The position numbers were made by a program, and so were the translations under genes. From Macrostomum lignano (Eukaryota), in NCBI GenBank assembly GCA_002269645.1, contig NIVC01001366.1, forward strand, positions 1 to 64,000: a DNA stretch of 64,000 nucleotides, read 5' to 3'. The notes beneath the pieces were generated by a model. It was not told the origin of the DNA and ran no database searches. It saw only the letters and a list, made by a program, of their open reading frames with translations. This document shows positions 10,291 through 23,399 of this stretch, in pieces (the stretch's first letter is position 1; each line of letters begins with the position of its first letter).

Positions 10291-12044
10291 TATAATTGGG
10301 TTAAAGCTACCAAAAAATGGATCTCAAATTTGAAATCAGCACCATCAAAAACCCTTATAGAGACAAATTTATGATCCTATCAAAATTGCAACTATTTTAT
10401 CAACATAAACTTGAAGAAGTCCCACAAAACTTCTCAAGCGTAGTTTTGGGCCACTTGCCATCAAGTAAAACATTTGATTTCTAACCTTATGTTTGAGATC
10501 TCGGAGACTCAACAAACAGTAAATAGAGAGCATTAGACTGCTGCTGCTGCTGCTACAGCAAATTTAAATTGAAAAAGCAAGAAGTCGAAATAAAGAATGA
10601 CATGACAGATAGGCTGTCACGATGACAGAGTTCTCTTAATCTATATTGCTTTTATATAACATAGAACAAAAACTGTAAAGCATTGCCATCTAAACTGTAC
10701 GTCAAGTCTCTACTTTAAAGCTATGCTATGCAATAAAATAGGTCCCTATGGAATCTCTTTGCGAACAAATATTCCATATAGCTCCTATTAGGCATAGCAG
10801 AATCTGTCAGAAGTTGAACTTACCCAGTCAGGTCCTTTGCTAAAAAAAAACAAAGCCTCAGATTTGCTCGCTGCTCGCTCGCCTCTGCTGAATACAAGCT
10901 GGGGAAAGGCGCTCAGAATGAACTGCACTGCAACTGAGCCCACAGATCATAGGCTAAACTGGGGAGATTGCGAAAGCTGCTAAAATCAAAATTCTCAATA
11001 CAGGGCGCTAAAATCATAGTCTATGGCCGAGCTTCGCAACTAACCGAATTGAGCTAAGCAAATGATTAAGCGATAGGCTGTGTAAAGCGGTCAGTGTAGA
11101 GAAATAAGGTGGGGCGCCGGGCCCAAATTGGTATTTATGACATTGAATTGGAGGGGAGGGTTGAGTCCATGAGGCAGCGTTTGAGCCTGCCGCTGTACTT
11201 GCGCTAAATGACTAATTAAATGACTATTATTGAGTTATTGATTGCGTACATCTAGTGTGCACACCACCCCATTTAGTCCACGTGCGCCCCGCCACCGCCC
11301 CGCCAATAATTATTTTTTGTATCGATTTTGTTAGCATCGTTTATGACTAATAATATATCGAAACAGAGACATCGTTTATTTTACCAAATCATCGTGCTTA
11401 CTTAGTTGAACTCCTAAACAACGCGACAGTCCTAATAATAAACGGAGGGGTGGAATGCGCGGCTAAGGAAAGAGGCGAGATTGAGGAGCCAATCAGAAGG
11501 CAGCTAGGGAGAAAAAGATAAGAATAACAAGATTGAATTGGACAGAGAGGTCCAGAGAGAACGGGTCCATGAGAATTGGCCGCAGACAGGACGAACTGGC
11601 CGCCCAGATTTGCCGCAGTGCATTGTGCCCGTAAGCGAAAAGTTTTTCTCGCTGATGAATATTCTATAATATATCGTTAAAATACACTCAGCAACTTTGA
11701 AAAAGTCGACAATTCTATGCGCCAGTGAGCAATTTCTCTTGGACTTGGACTTTTATTCTGAAATAAAAGACATGAGAAAAGTGATCGGGGTAGCTTTAAT
11801 CCGCCCAACCCTCTCACATCGCTGCTCCACTTCATTCCTCAACTCAAGTCTGCCGCGGCGTAGCTGAGTTGCGACACTCGCAAAGATTGAGAGACTTTAC
11901 CTGCACTCTCAAAAGTGGCGACCACAGACGGAATCTTATGTGATTGCGACTTTTCGATGTTGCTGAGTGATATTTCCCGTAATGCTTAGCAAGTCCTAAT
12001 AAAGAGATTTAAAGAGATTTACCAGATCCAACAGCTGGCAACAG

Positions 12045-12220
12045 CTGCTAACGCTGCAGGCACCCTACCGGCGGGGCAGGCGCGCACTCTGCGTTTCGTC
12101 GACTGCCTGCTGGCTGACGCCGGCGCCCCGGATTCGGCCGGTGGTGTGGCGTTCGTTCGCGACCTGGCCTTGAAGCGCGCCCTGTGACGCTAATTGCGTA
12201 TTTTGTTGTTTGTTGTTGTT
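12045..12220 (+). mobile_element. 3' end of an RTE-like LINE with (GTT)n tail
   Basis: Encodes LLTLQAPYRRGQARTLRFVDCLLADAGAPDSAGGVAFVRDLALKRAL* followed by a TTGTTG tail. Nearly identical to 60045-60221. Confidence 0.8.
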
Positions 12221-12735
12221 ACGCCTACCATTTCTCTCCTGATTTCTAAATTGCCCAATGTCTAGATTGCTGTGCTCTTTTACGCCGCGGAGAGCGAAGT
12301 GCAACCCACTTACGCATTTGCGAAGAAGCTGCATTGGAGAACTGTTGCCCAGCACAGGTTCCCAGAGTTTTTTTCTTCATTGTCACTGATCACGCTTCAA
12401 TGATCAATGCAACATGATTAAAGTCAATTGAACCTAACCAACTCACCAACCCCAATAGACGGAATCTCTACCGAACAATTATTTTATTTATTTAACGATT
12501 TCATTGTCTTGATTTAGACTTTACTGGTTTAGCAACTGCAGACTAGTACAAACTGTAGTGTTAGTATTAGTAGTATTGTGAGTTTAATTTGTAGTGCTTA
12601 GTAGTAATGACTTAAGATGAGCCGCTAGATGCAGAATTTTCATGAGCAAAAAGTAAGATGTAAGGAGGTGTTAGAATTGATTATTAAGCCTACTGGCCTA
12701 AGGACACATTCGAGTTAGCGATCTCAAGGCTGAAT

Positions 12736-13128
12736 GATGCCCAACGATACTCAATGATACTCAACGATACTCAATGACACTCAAAGATACTAAATGATAC
12801 TCAATGATACTCAATGATACTCGATATCATTCAATGATCAATTCCACTGCGCAATAATACTTAATGATAGCCAATGATGCTCAATGATACTCAATGACAC
12901 TCAGTGACACTCAGTGACACTCAACGATACTCAATGATACTAAATGATACTCAATGATACTCAATGACACTCAGTGACACTCAGTGACACTCAACGATAC
13001 TCAATGATACTAAATGATACTCAATGATACTCAATGACACTCAGTGACACTCAGTGACACTCAACGATACTCAATGATACTCAATGATACTCAATGATAC
13101 TCAATGACACTCAGAGATACTCAGTGAT
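12736..13128. repeat. 10-bp minisatellite GATACTCAAT, about 39 copies
   Basis: Direct reading. The paralogous locus near 18020 has only about 2 copies. Confidence 0.9.
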
Positions 13129-13777
13129 ATTCAACCGGGACGAGCTCGTCTCCATAATTTTCGCCTGTCTCTACACCCTGTCCCTTTTCTCCCCTCCCAG
13201 TTATTATCCTTCTCCCCTATCCTCCACTTCCGTATCGCCCCAGAAGCCGCACTCAGCGGTCCCCCAAGCCCCGCAAGCCTCATGCTGCCAGGCAGGCGCA
13301 GAGCTTCTATGCAAAAGCCCTGGATTTGCTCATTGAAGTGAGACAATGTGCGTGCTCACCCTCTATTTGCTAAATCTCAGACGGATAAATAAACTTATTT
13401 TGCACTGAGCGAACACTTAGACAGGGAGAAGTTCGAGAACGTACTGTGCATAGGAGTAGCTCACAACTACCAGTATGTACTCGAAAGCTTGCATTCAATG
13501 GCCTAGCCGAGGCAAAAATGGAAGTTCTGTTTTATTGAGTACACTCTGAGCAACACTTACTGCTGCTTAATCGATTTTAGCTATCTCTCTCATGTCTGCT
13601 GCTCAGACGCTGAGCCCCGCCTCAAGACAATTCAAGGCTTAAATGACTGGCCAACGATGCGGCTAAATTAGTACACTTGAACTCCATTTGTGTTCCATCC
13701 TCTGCTTCACTCAACGGGTTGAAGGATTAATTCATATGCTTGTCTGTGCTTTCGCCAAGCAGAAAGTGTAGAAAACC

Positions 13778-14734
13778 ATGGCTGAGCTTGCATATTTTGC
13801 ATCGCGAATTTTCAGGACGTCAACATCTAATGGATGCAGTTATGAGCTGCACTGTCTTATCGAGGAGACGAATCACCTGGCCACACAAATGGAAGAAATA
13901 AGACTGACTGATGAGCCGAAGTCAGAGAAACTGAGACGGGCACTGCAGAGCGTATGCGATATTGGATACGAGCTCATGTCGTGGTGTCGGTACTCGGAAG
14001 TAAAAGAATTGTTCAACCATTTTCAACGACTGTTTCCCGTCTCTAGCGAGTTTACTCGTGAAGCAAAGAGAGAGTTTTGTGAAAAGGTGCAGCAATCAAT
14101 TCGGAGTCTCAGAGACTCGCGTGAAGCTCTTGGAAGATTCAACGACGGACTGAATGACTCGCATCGGCTCGCAAAGAAGCTCTGTGAGAGGCTCACACAG
14201 AAGGCGGAGGAGCTCAAGCGGCAAAAGCACCAGACGAGAATCCGAGGGGCGGCAGGAGCAGCCGGTCTGGCTGTTGGAGGAGCCGGGCTCGCGGCCGTCA
14301 GTTTATTTACTGGAGGAGCTGCCCTGGTGGCCGCTGCAGCCGCAGCTGCCGCCGCTACCGCTGGAGCCACCTCTAGTGTCGCTGCCGGTGCCGTTGCTGC
14401 AACCACTGTCGCTAACGCAAAAACAAAACAACGGCAGGTTGAGAACATGCGAAATTGCTCAATGAAACTAGCTGTTATAGCAAGGAATATTGAGAGCATT
14501 CTCGACAAGGCCGGACGCATCCGACTAGACGAGGACATCGAGGCGCTGCAGACACTGTTGGAGCTGCTCAGCAGGGATGAAAGCCCGGACGAAGGCGGTG
14601 GCGAAGCAAGTGGAGCTGGATTTCTACTTCTGGGCCAGGACGGCCGCATCGCTCGGCAGCAGGAGCAGCGCGATGCAATGGATGCAGAGATTGCTGAGTT
14701 GGAGGCCAAGATGAGGATGTACGGCATCAAATAG
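13778..14734 (+). CDS. Coiled-coil protein with central Gly/Ala hydrophobic hairpin (ApoL/ClyA-like architecture), paralogue 1, 318 aa
   Basis: Intact intronless ORF. Helical N-half, then RGAAGAAGLAVGGAGLAAVSLFTGGAALVAAAA, then a C-terminal coil ending AEIAELEAKMRMYGIK. Confidence 0.75.
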   Translation: MAELAYFASRIFRTSTSNGCSYELHCLIEETNHLATQMEEIRLTDEPKSEKLRRALQSVCDIGYELMSWCRYSEVKELFNHFQRLFPVSSEFTREAKREFCEKVQQSIRSLRDSREALGRFNDGLNDSHRLAKKLCERLTQKAEELKRQKHQTRIRGAAGAAGLAVGGAGLAAVSLFTGGAALVAAAAAAAAATAGATSSVAAGAVAATTVANAKTKQRQVENMRNCSMKLAVIARNIESILDKAGRIRLDEDIEALQTLLELLSRDESPDEGGGEASGAGFLLLGQDGRIARQQEQRDAMDAEIAELEAKMRMYGIK

Positions 14735-15175
14735 ATAAAATTTTCTTATCTTTTCATTAAAAAACTAACTTCAAATTTATTGTAATGTTTCTTTGGTTTC
14801 ATTTAGGCAGAAGCAGGAAGAACTCAGAGTAGTTCTACAATAGTTTCGATTTACTATTTACACCAGACTTAAAATAAATGTAATTTTTCTCGAAGTGGTA
14901 CTTCAATCATTGAGCTGGTATTGTAGCTTATGTTAGTATGTTAGTATACTGCTTTTATTACCATCCTTTACAGCTATACTGAGTACTATTGAAGTAGTAT
15001 TTTAAATACGAGTGGTACTTTTGAAGGTGTATTATACGAAGTTTAATTCGAAAATGATTGCTTAAATATCACATCTCCGTGCCAAGATTTGGACACCAAC
15101 ATTTTAACGACACAGAAAGTGAAATACCAATGTCTGATCTTGCTTCGATTTCGGTCTCGGAGTTGCCCCGGAGAG

Positions 15176-15445
<270 letters not shown>

Positions 15446-16359
15446 GGGTTCGGTTGGACACAGTAGGAATTTTGTGTGACAATTGGGAACATTTAATCGC
15501 ACTTTAATTTTCTTTGATTTGTCTGCTTGGTAGAAATGACTGTTTGGAAGCAGCAAGTAAAAGTCATATGTTTGAATATTTACAGACAAGAAGTGAAAAT
15601 TCTACCTGAAAGTAATTCATTGATAGATTAAGCAAGTGGCATGCAAAAGTATTAGGCTTCAATATTTTCGAACAAAGTTGACCCCACTTTTTATCGATTG
15701 CTTCGGGAATAATATAGATAGAACTTTTGGGATTTCGGTGAAAGAGAGAATTTTTTTACCTAAAAACCTCATGACTAATCAACTGTTGAGGTCGGCCAGA
15801 GCTCTGACGATTCCAGTCTCTTTTTTGTTGTCTTCGCACCCAGAAAGCCTTCATTTTACCCAATAAAGTCCTTACTGATCGTAGTTTTTCAAAAGCAAGT
15901 CTGAATGTGGCACTGCGATGCAAAATGCTGAGACGTCAGCGTTCAGTATGATGATTCTTAATGACTCAGCACAAGTCGGAAAAATGCACCAAGCTATCAG
16001 TGTACCTGGCCGCTGCTCCAGGTGGTTCAGATTTGAGCAGAAAAATGATGAGTTCGGTTTTGACAATTCTGAGACTCTCGGGGATAGCATACGAGTAGGC
16101 AGCACTGCATTTCTGCAGTTTCAATGGCAAACGGAGGGCAAATAGGGGCCAATGGTCATCGCATTGTACTTAGGCTGCAAACGGCTTATCATTGGCGAAT
16201 TCTCTGCCTCACACTCAAACCATCACTGTACATCTGTGCGAATGGTCACATCAGCCTGCGCTTTGAACAACAATGCTCAGATGAGTATAATTACATTGGA
16301 ATTCAAATCTTATACTGAAATAACTGAACCAAATAGATCGAAACCAACAACCCTTGAAA

Positions 16360-17385
16360 ATGGTAGAACGGCTGGGTGAGGTCGGTCAAGGCCTGAAAGA
16401 CATCGGCGATGCCGTCAAATTGATAAAGCAGATCCAAAAGAAAGAATCGTTGCTGATCGAATTTACCGAAGAAATAAAAAACCAAGCCAGCAAATTGGTG
16501 AAAATCAGCCTCCCAGATCATCCGCGGCTAAAGCGTCTTGAGCCTCAGCTACAACATCTAAGGGAAAATTTTATTTTTTTAATTAATTCCGAAGGTGACC
16601 TGGAGAACTGGCTCGAAGCTTTTTTCAAAAAGCTTACCAGATGTAACGAATTTATAAATTCCCAAATTCAGAACGGCAGCATCCCCCCTGAAGCAACTAA
16701 AGAAATCTATAAAGCGCTAATGTATCTGAACAACATGGTAAATGACTTCTTCAAATATTTTGAGAAATTCATCACCAATTTGAACGAATCGCAGCATATT
16801 GCGGAGGAGCTCAAGTGCCAGCTAGAAGAGACGGCAAAAGAGATTGAGGAGGAAGCGACAGAGGCAGAACAGGCCGAACTGAAACGACAAGCTGAGATAA
16901 AGCAGCAAACCGAAATGGGACGTCAAGCTGAAGTGAAGCAAAAAAGGTGGACCATTGGCAGTACCTTGGGTCTGCTTGTTGGAGGCGCCAGTCTCGCGGC
17001 TCTCGGCTTCTTCACAGGCGGGGCTGCCTTCGCTGCTGCAGGCGCAATCGTGGGAGCCGTCGGTTACTCCTACTACCCCTCTAACGACTCTAATGACTCG
17101 CAGGTCGGAGCAGACTCGAGGTCTATACAGTCTGACTTAGGCGCGATGCGACACCTAGCTGAGAATATCAAGGCCACGTCTAACCAGCTGGGCGTCATCG
17201 CGACGAGACTGAAGTACAGCTGCAACGAGGCCAGCAAAATTCATCTGAGCGAAACAGACAAAGAAGCACTGCAGACCGCATTGGAATTCCTTCAAAAAGA
17301 CCAGGCGAAGGACGACCGCATCAATCAACAGCAGGCAGAGATTAATGAGTTAAAGGCCAAGATGAGGAGGCATGGCATCGAATAG
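16360..17385 (+). CDS. Coiled-coil/hydrophobic-hairpin protein, paralogue 2 (about 341 aa from ATG 16360)
   Basis: GSTLGLLVGGASLAALGFFTGGAAFAAAG hairpin. C-terminus AEINELKAKMRRHGIE matches paralogue 1. Confidence 0.75.
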   Translation: MVERLGEVGQGLKDIGDAVKLIKQIQKKESLLIEFTEEIKNQASKLVKISLPDHPRLKRLEPQLQHLRENFIFLINSEGDLENWLEAFFKKLTRCNEFINSQIQNGSIPPEATKEIYKALMYLNNMVNDFFKYFEKFITNLNESQHIAEELKCQLEETAKEIEEEATEAEQAELKRQAEIKQQTEMGRQAEVKQKRWTIGSTLGLLVGGASLAALGFFTGGAAFAAAGAIVGAVGYSYYPSNDSNDSQVGADSRSIQSDLGAMRHLAENIKATSNQLGVIATRLKYSCNEASKIHLSETDKEALQTALEFLQKDQAKDDRINQQQAEINELKAKMRRHGIE

Positions 17386-17849
17386 ACAATGTCGACCTCT
17401 ATAGGCCGTTTTCAAAGACTATGAGAAACCGTTTGATATGTTCGATCCGATTAGAATTGTAAAATCGTATTATAACAAAAGTTTAAAATTTATCAAAACG
17501 CTTAGGCAACCTTTCCCCTCCTCATGCGATTTTTAAAAAATCTAGTGATGGAGACTAATTTATTAATTTGATATTGACAGTATTTTCTCTTATATTCTCA
17601 ATAGTTGTCAATATTTTATATACATTCACTTTAAAATATTCTCTCGTTCTCCCGTACATACGTACGGCCATATGTTCCGAAAAATCTTTCCAAAAGCTAA
17701 TTTTAACAATGCTACATATCTAAACTTAAATTAACCTATAATTACCAACCCCAATAAATTAAAACTTCAACAATTTTTTAATTAATTAAAGAACTACCTA
17801 TCTTAAATTCGACTTCACAGCTAGGTCTAGCATCTGTGGACCTAAATTT

Positions 17850-18615
17850 GCGTTGAATTAGTATGAATATTGTGAGTTTACTTTGTAGTATATATGATTT
17901 AAAATGAGCTGCCAGATGCAGAACTCTCAGGAGCAATAAGTAAGCCTGGAGGCGTTAAATCGAAGTATTAAGGCTGCTGCGCTAAAGGTAAATTCGAATT
18001 GGTGATCTCAATTCAGCTAAATGATACTCAATGATAACTCAGTGATATACATTCTGCCCCTTTTCTCACCACTCAGTTCTTTTCCTTCTCTCCTGCCCTT
18101 ACTTTCGCCCTGCCCCCAGAAGCTGCAAGCAGCGGTCCCCCACGCAAGCCCCATGTTGCCACAGGCAGGCACAGAGCTTCTATTCAAACCCCAGATCTGC
18201 TCCATTCGCACAATAGAAGTGAGACAAAGCGCATTGCTCACCCACGTATTGGTTAAATCTCAGATGAATAAATAAATTTATTGTGCACTGAGCGAACACT
18301 TTGACAGGGAGAAGTTCGAGACCGCACTGTGTGCATTGAGTAGCTCACTACTCTGTACAAAAAAGCCTGTATTCAATGGCCCAGTCGAAGCAAGCAAAAA
18401 GGGAAGTTCAATTTTGATCGAGTACACTCTGAGCGCACTTGCAGCTGCTCAACTTTTTAACTGCTCAACTATCTATCTTCTCTCTTTAAATGACTCCGCT
18501 GCACAGAAGCTGCGCCTCTCCTCGCGACAATTCAAGGCTTAAATGACTGGCCAACCATGCAACAAAATATTTAGTACACTTGAACTCCATTGTGTTCCAG
18601 CCTCTGCTTCACTCA
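17850..18615 (+). repeat. Duplicate of the upstream region of paralogue 1 (about 12570-13715) with no adjacent ORF
   Basis: Colinear blocks, e.g. ATTGTGAGTTTA..TTTGTAGT, GGGAGAAGTTCGAGA and GTACACTTGAACTCCATT. Homology stops about 65 bp before the position of the ATG. Confidence 0.8.
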
Positions 18616-20759
18616 ATGATAGTTTGTTTTTCTCTGAAAAAACATCTCCGAACAATTTTATATCTTTGTAATCAATAGTATTTTGCTTCTCTAATTAACC
18701 ATGTAATACCCTTTAGATGCGAGGTACTCGCATTCTGCTAACCTCATAATCTCGTTCTTGTAATCTCTGAGCGATTTATTCGTTACAGAAAATCGAAACT
18801 GCGATTTTGAAATTGCTCCAAAGTACCTTTTTATCGATTTATATAATACATTACATAGTCTGTGTAATTCTGAGAAGACAAGTTCTCTCGTCTTCTGACT
18901 CGCTGACTCGCTATACTCATATATTAGTCAAGGACCACTGGAATAGTCTAGTAGTCCTTGATAATAGCCGCATTTGGTTTCTTTTTCTTTTTCTTACACA
19001 ATACAAATGCATTGGAGAGAGGGCAAGATTTCAAATATAATACTTCATCGATAAATGCTCCAACCCAGGTGAGACACTCCCTGCGAGCCGTCAATATCAA
19101 CTGGTATTGCACCTGATACACATTAAAAAAATCTGGAAAATAGAAATTTAAACACGAAAAAATTGCTTAAACATAACTTTTTACTTTAAATTTTTTTTAC
19201 CCGATAGACCGGAGGAACTTCACAGCAGTGCAAAAACAAGACAGCTGCTTGAAAGAGAGTTGAGAGACTGTGCAGTGTGACTGGAGTGCGCACCTATCAG
19301 AGTACTCTGGAGTTTGTTTGCAATTTTGTGCAGGTGCTGCTGCACCGAGCATGGGTGCAGTTGAAAATTGAGGGAACTTCAGTTTTTTGCATTCAGATTA
19401 CCCTCTGACTACAATGGCTGCTCCAGCATAGTAGGGCGAAGTAAAGGGGCGCCACAATGCGTCTTAGAATTTTTTATTATGAATAGTTTTGCAGCAAACT
19501 TCAACGATGCCCCACAGAGGAGCGGCAAAAGAAATGCACAGCAGACTGCGGAGCAAACACTTTTTTATATAGACTAATCTATGTGCAAGAGGTAGCAGAC
19601 GTAGCGCCTACCCGTGACACTGAACAGATGAGACAGGTTTTCATACTCAGACTTGATTTCAAACCTAAATTTGTGCAGTAAAGTTTCTACAGCAGCGATG
19701 CACTGCGCGCGAGTCTTCTGCGGGGCCCTGACTGCCGCTCAATGTTTTCTCTTGCCTCTGCACAAGCATTTTGCATTCTGCAGCAAGAATGTTTTCGGCA
19801 GTGACAGCAATGCATACGATTACTACAAGAGTAGCTTCAAATATTTGTTTTTTTTATATTTTCGACACAAGTCTATACAAATTACAATTACTGTTTAAGA
19901 ATTGTCATCTTCTCTCATGTGAATATTCGGTGTGGATAATTCGCTTAGTTGGTCCTCGACCATATGGCAAAGCTGAAATGCCGCACGACGATGCGGCTCA
20001 CAATCTACTCTCACTTTCTTTTCTCCACTTCATCCCTTCCCTTTTGTCATTCTAAATCCTTCTTCGCCCATCGATTATCCTGCTCTGCTCTCCTTTCCTG
20101 TCTTTTCTCCGTTGGTCTCCTTCTCTTCCATCCGTGCGCACGCAGCCCAGCCACTCAAACCCAGGAAGATCCAATGAGATACGAGCTAAATGATAACCGA
20201 GTCTTCTACGACTACTCTGACCCTGGGAGTTTTCTATGTTGAATACAATGCCTGGTCTTCATCAGTCCCATACAATAGAAGCTAGTGAGACATCGCGCAC
20301 AGTAACTGCACCTCACTCAGTGCAGTTTGCCGCCGGTGTGAAACTCGGACGAGTAAACAAAGTGAAAGCGAAACGAACCCAGACAGGGAGAAGTTCAGAA
20401 CACACTGCGTACAGTGGAGTAGCCTGCTGTAACTCGCAACCTGCAATGAATTTTTACAGCTGAAAAAAAGTGGAAGTTCAGTTTTTGTGAGCGCATTCAG
20501 GCCAAGCTGCTGCTAAACTGTGCTCAAATACTTTCTCACTCCAAATATGCCTGCCTATCTGCTGCGCAGACAATTTTCTGGGCGAAAATTATTTTCTCAA
20601 CCATACACTCGAGATACTACTTAGGATATTCTGTTTATTCGAGCCATCGCCAATTAACGAAGCGCATTTGCGCAACGAGATTCGAACCATGGGTAGGCCT
20701 TCTCTTCCTCACCTGCCGGAAATTTTCAGCATGTTCAAGTCTCTCCAACACCTGACAGA

Positions 20760-21996
20760 AGAGGCTTACTGAGACGGTGAATCCGCTGGTCCCACAGGTG
20801 CAGGAAATACAGCTGACTGAGATGAGGTGCTCTCCGAGGAGATGAAGCAGGAACTGAGGCGGGGACTGCAGAAGATGCGCGACATTGCATGCGATCTGAA
20901 TCCGTGGCAACGTCATTTAGAAGTAGAAAGCTTGATTAATTTTGCTAGGAAGTATTTTGCTGCTCAAGAGCATACCCATGAAGCAACAGAAGAATTCCGT
21001 CAAATAATCCAGCATACAGTAGGAAGCCTCAGGGAGTGCTGCAAGCGGCTCAGTAGTTTCACTGATATACTGAGTAAGTTTCGTCGGATCGTAAAAGTGC
21101 TCGACGAGACGCTCACACAGAAGGCGGAGGAGCTGGAGCGTAGGGATCGCAAAATCCCGGTTTTTTGCCATCTCGGGATCCCGGGATTTAATCCCGGAAT
21201 TTCGCCAATCCCGGGATCAGAAAAATACAGATTTTTAAGCATCTGGGTTGACATTTTAAGGCAAAATATGCGCTAAACGTTCTTGCTTCCATTTTTGATT
21301 GTTTTAGAGTTAATGATCTATTTTTAGATGAAAAAACAGCATTATCTTGTGACGAATTGAAGCAAGTAGTATAAAATTACTAATTAGTAGTAAAGAAGCA
21401 AATCATATATCAAAAATTTACATTTAATAAATTTCACATTTTAATCTGTGATGCGGAGTTTAAATTAAAAAGGCGCCACGCGACTAACGGAAATTAGCGC
21501 AGTATAATAAACTTGTTGTGGGCCCAATTATGTTAATTTATTATTACAACACTTTCTAAAAATAATAACAAAAATTTCATTTGTCCCGGGATTGGGCCCA
21601 AATTCGGGGTCTCGAATCCCGGGATTTCGGGATCCTGGGATCCCGGGATTGCAATCCCTACGGAGCGGCAAGAGCGCAGAACAAGGACACAGGGGGCGGC
21701 TGGAGCTGTCGGCCTGGCTAATGGCGGTGTCGGGCTCGCAGCCCTTAGTTTACTAACTGGAGGAGCTGCCCTACTTGCCGCTGCCGCTGTCGCAAGCTCT
21801 GTCGGCATCCATGGCGACAGCGATCAGGGATGCAAATGCAACACGACAGCAGGTCGCGGACATGCGAGCTCGCTGCAGAAAGTTGTCTGTTATGGGACAC
21901 AAACTAAAGTACATTCTCGACAAGGCCACATGCATAATCGTACGGCTGGAGGAGGACATTCAAGGACTGCAGTCAGTGCTGTATAGCTTCAGATGA
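20760..21996 (+). pseudogene. Paralogue 3 of the hairpin family, disrupted by a MITE, frameshifts and a stop
   Basis: LTQKAEELER|(MITE)|QERRTRTQGAAGAVGLANGGVGLAALSLLTGGAALL...YILDKA...RLEEDI aligns with paralogue 1. Frameshifts near 20818 and 21805. Confidence 0.8.
21141..21660. mobile_element. hAT-like MITE, 520 bp, inserted in paralogue 3
   Basis: TIRs TAGGGATCGCAAAATCCCGG and (reverse complement) TAGGGATTGCAATCCCGG. Flanks CTGGAGCG and C-GGAGCG form an imperfect TSD. Removing the element and one TSD copy restores the reading frame. Confidence 0.85.
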
Positions 21997-23399
21997 GCTG
22001 ATGACTGGGGAGGAGACGACATCTCGGAAGAAGAGAACTGGCTAATTTGTCTCTAAGGCACTTGGGCTTGGGTTGCACCTGCCGTTTCATATAAAAGAAT
22101 CATATAAAAATATTAAGTTTATGCACTACTATATAAGACTCGTGATTCATTACTTTCTACTGGCTTATACTCGTACGGTTGTACATGAATTGTACATTAC
22201 ATTTTACTTTAACCGAAGTACGAAGTAAGCCGAAATACATACGTAAACTCAAATATAACGTTTAGTTAACCCTCGTGTCACCCATGATATTTTAAAAAAT
22301 GAACTCCGAAGCTTTTACTACTGCCGCCTCTCGTGATTGGTCAGATGCATAAAAGCTGTTCACGTGTTCACTTTCGGTGTCTCTAGCTGTGTGCGCGGTG
22401 TGCGACCTGCTTATCTTAAATAAAAGGAAATATCGATTTTTTCTCTCATTTCTACACCCCCTCTGCGGTAGCCGCCGTGAAACGACCTTGCGCTTATCTC
22501 TGGAATGTACGCTGGTATGAGTACATTGCCGCCTCCCCCAATTCTGTATCTTTAAGGTAATCAACTGCTGACTATAAGGAGGGCGGCCAGGAGGGCCCGC
22601 CCAGGCTCCATTCAGACGATTCCTGACTCTGTTTTCTTGTCTTAGTATCGGGAGCGCATTTTGCATGTTCTGAACTGATCACCGTGATGTGAATTCAGCT
22701 GTAAAATGCTGAGGTCAGCGTGCAAGATCGATTTAACAAGTTGGACAAAATCACCAAAGTAACCTGGAGTGCTCGGGAATCCAATTACCTGGCTGGCTGT
22801 TCCTGCAGGAAAATGGTGAGTTCTGTTGTGAACATTCATTTCATTTAAATGACCAAGAAAATTTACACGTGATAAGCCGAATTCCTAAAATTTCATTGTT
22901 CATTTTCAAACATAATTTCTCAAAATTGCGGCTGGCGTATCCGGACTTTAGTTTGGCCACTGGCTGATGAGCAGAAATCTCCAGAAAAGACACCCTAAAT
23001 TGCCTGATAAAAACTTTTTTGTTCAAACGAAGTGCCGTAAAAACCGGGCGCGGATCAGTTCCGAGAAACTCTGTCGCTATTTCATTTTTTATTTAATCGA
23101 AAAACATGAAATTAAATTAAGTAAAACTATTCTTCAGTACTTAGCAGCAGTAATTTCGCACACATTTGGGAATAAAAATATAGATGGGATAGAAAGGAAG
23201 GGAAAATCCCTACAATGAAGGGATTCTGATAAAAGAGGTAATGAAGAGTAAAAAATAGGCTATTAAGTAAAATATGAAATGAAATGCAATAGCGCATATT
23301 TGAATACAACTGTATAAGTAGTATAAAATGGGTGTAAAAAGTTTTTAGCAATATTTGTAAGACTCTTACAAAGAGTGTAAAAGTGCGCAGGGAGATCAC

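Larger units (their letters stand above)
2242..10422 (+). mobile_element. Complete Merlin (IS1595/ISXO2-like) DNA transposon, 8181 bp, carrying cargo genes
   Basis: Left TIR 2242-2271 GGGCTTCTTCAAGTTTATGTTGATAAAATA. Right TIR 10393-10422, reverse complement GGACTTCTTCAAGTTTATGTTGATAAAATA (29/30). Identical 8-bp flanks CACAAAAC at 2234-2241 and 10423-10430. Encloses an ISXO2-type transposase. Confidence 0.88.
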
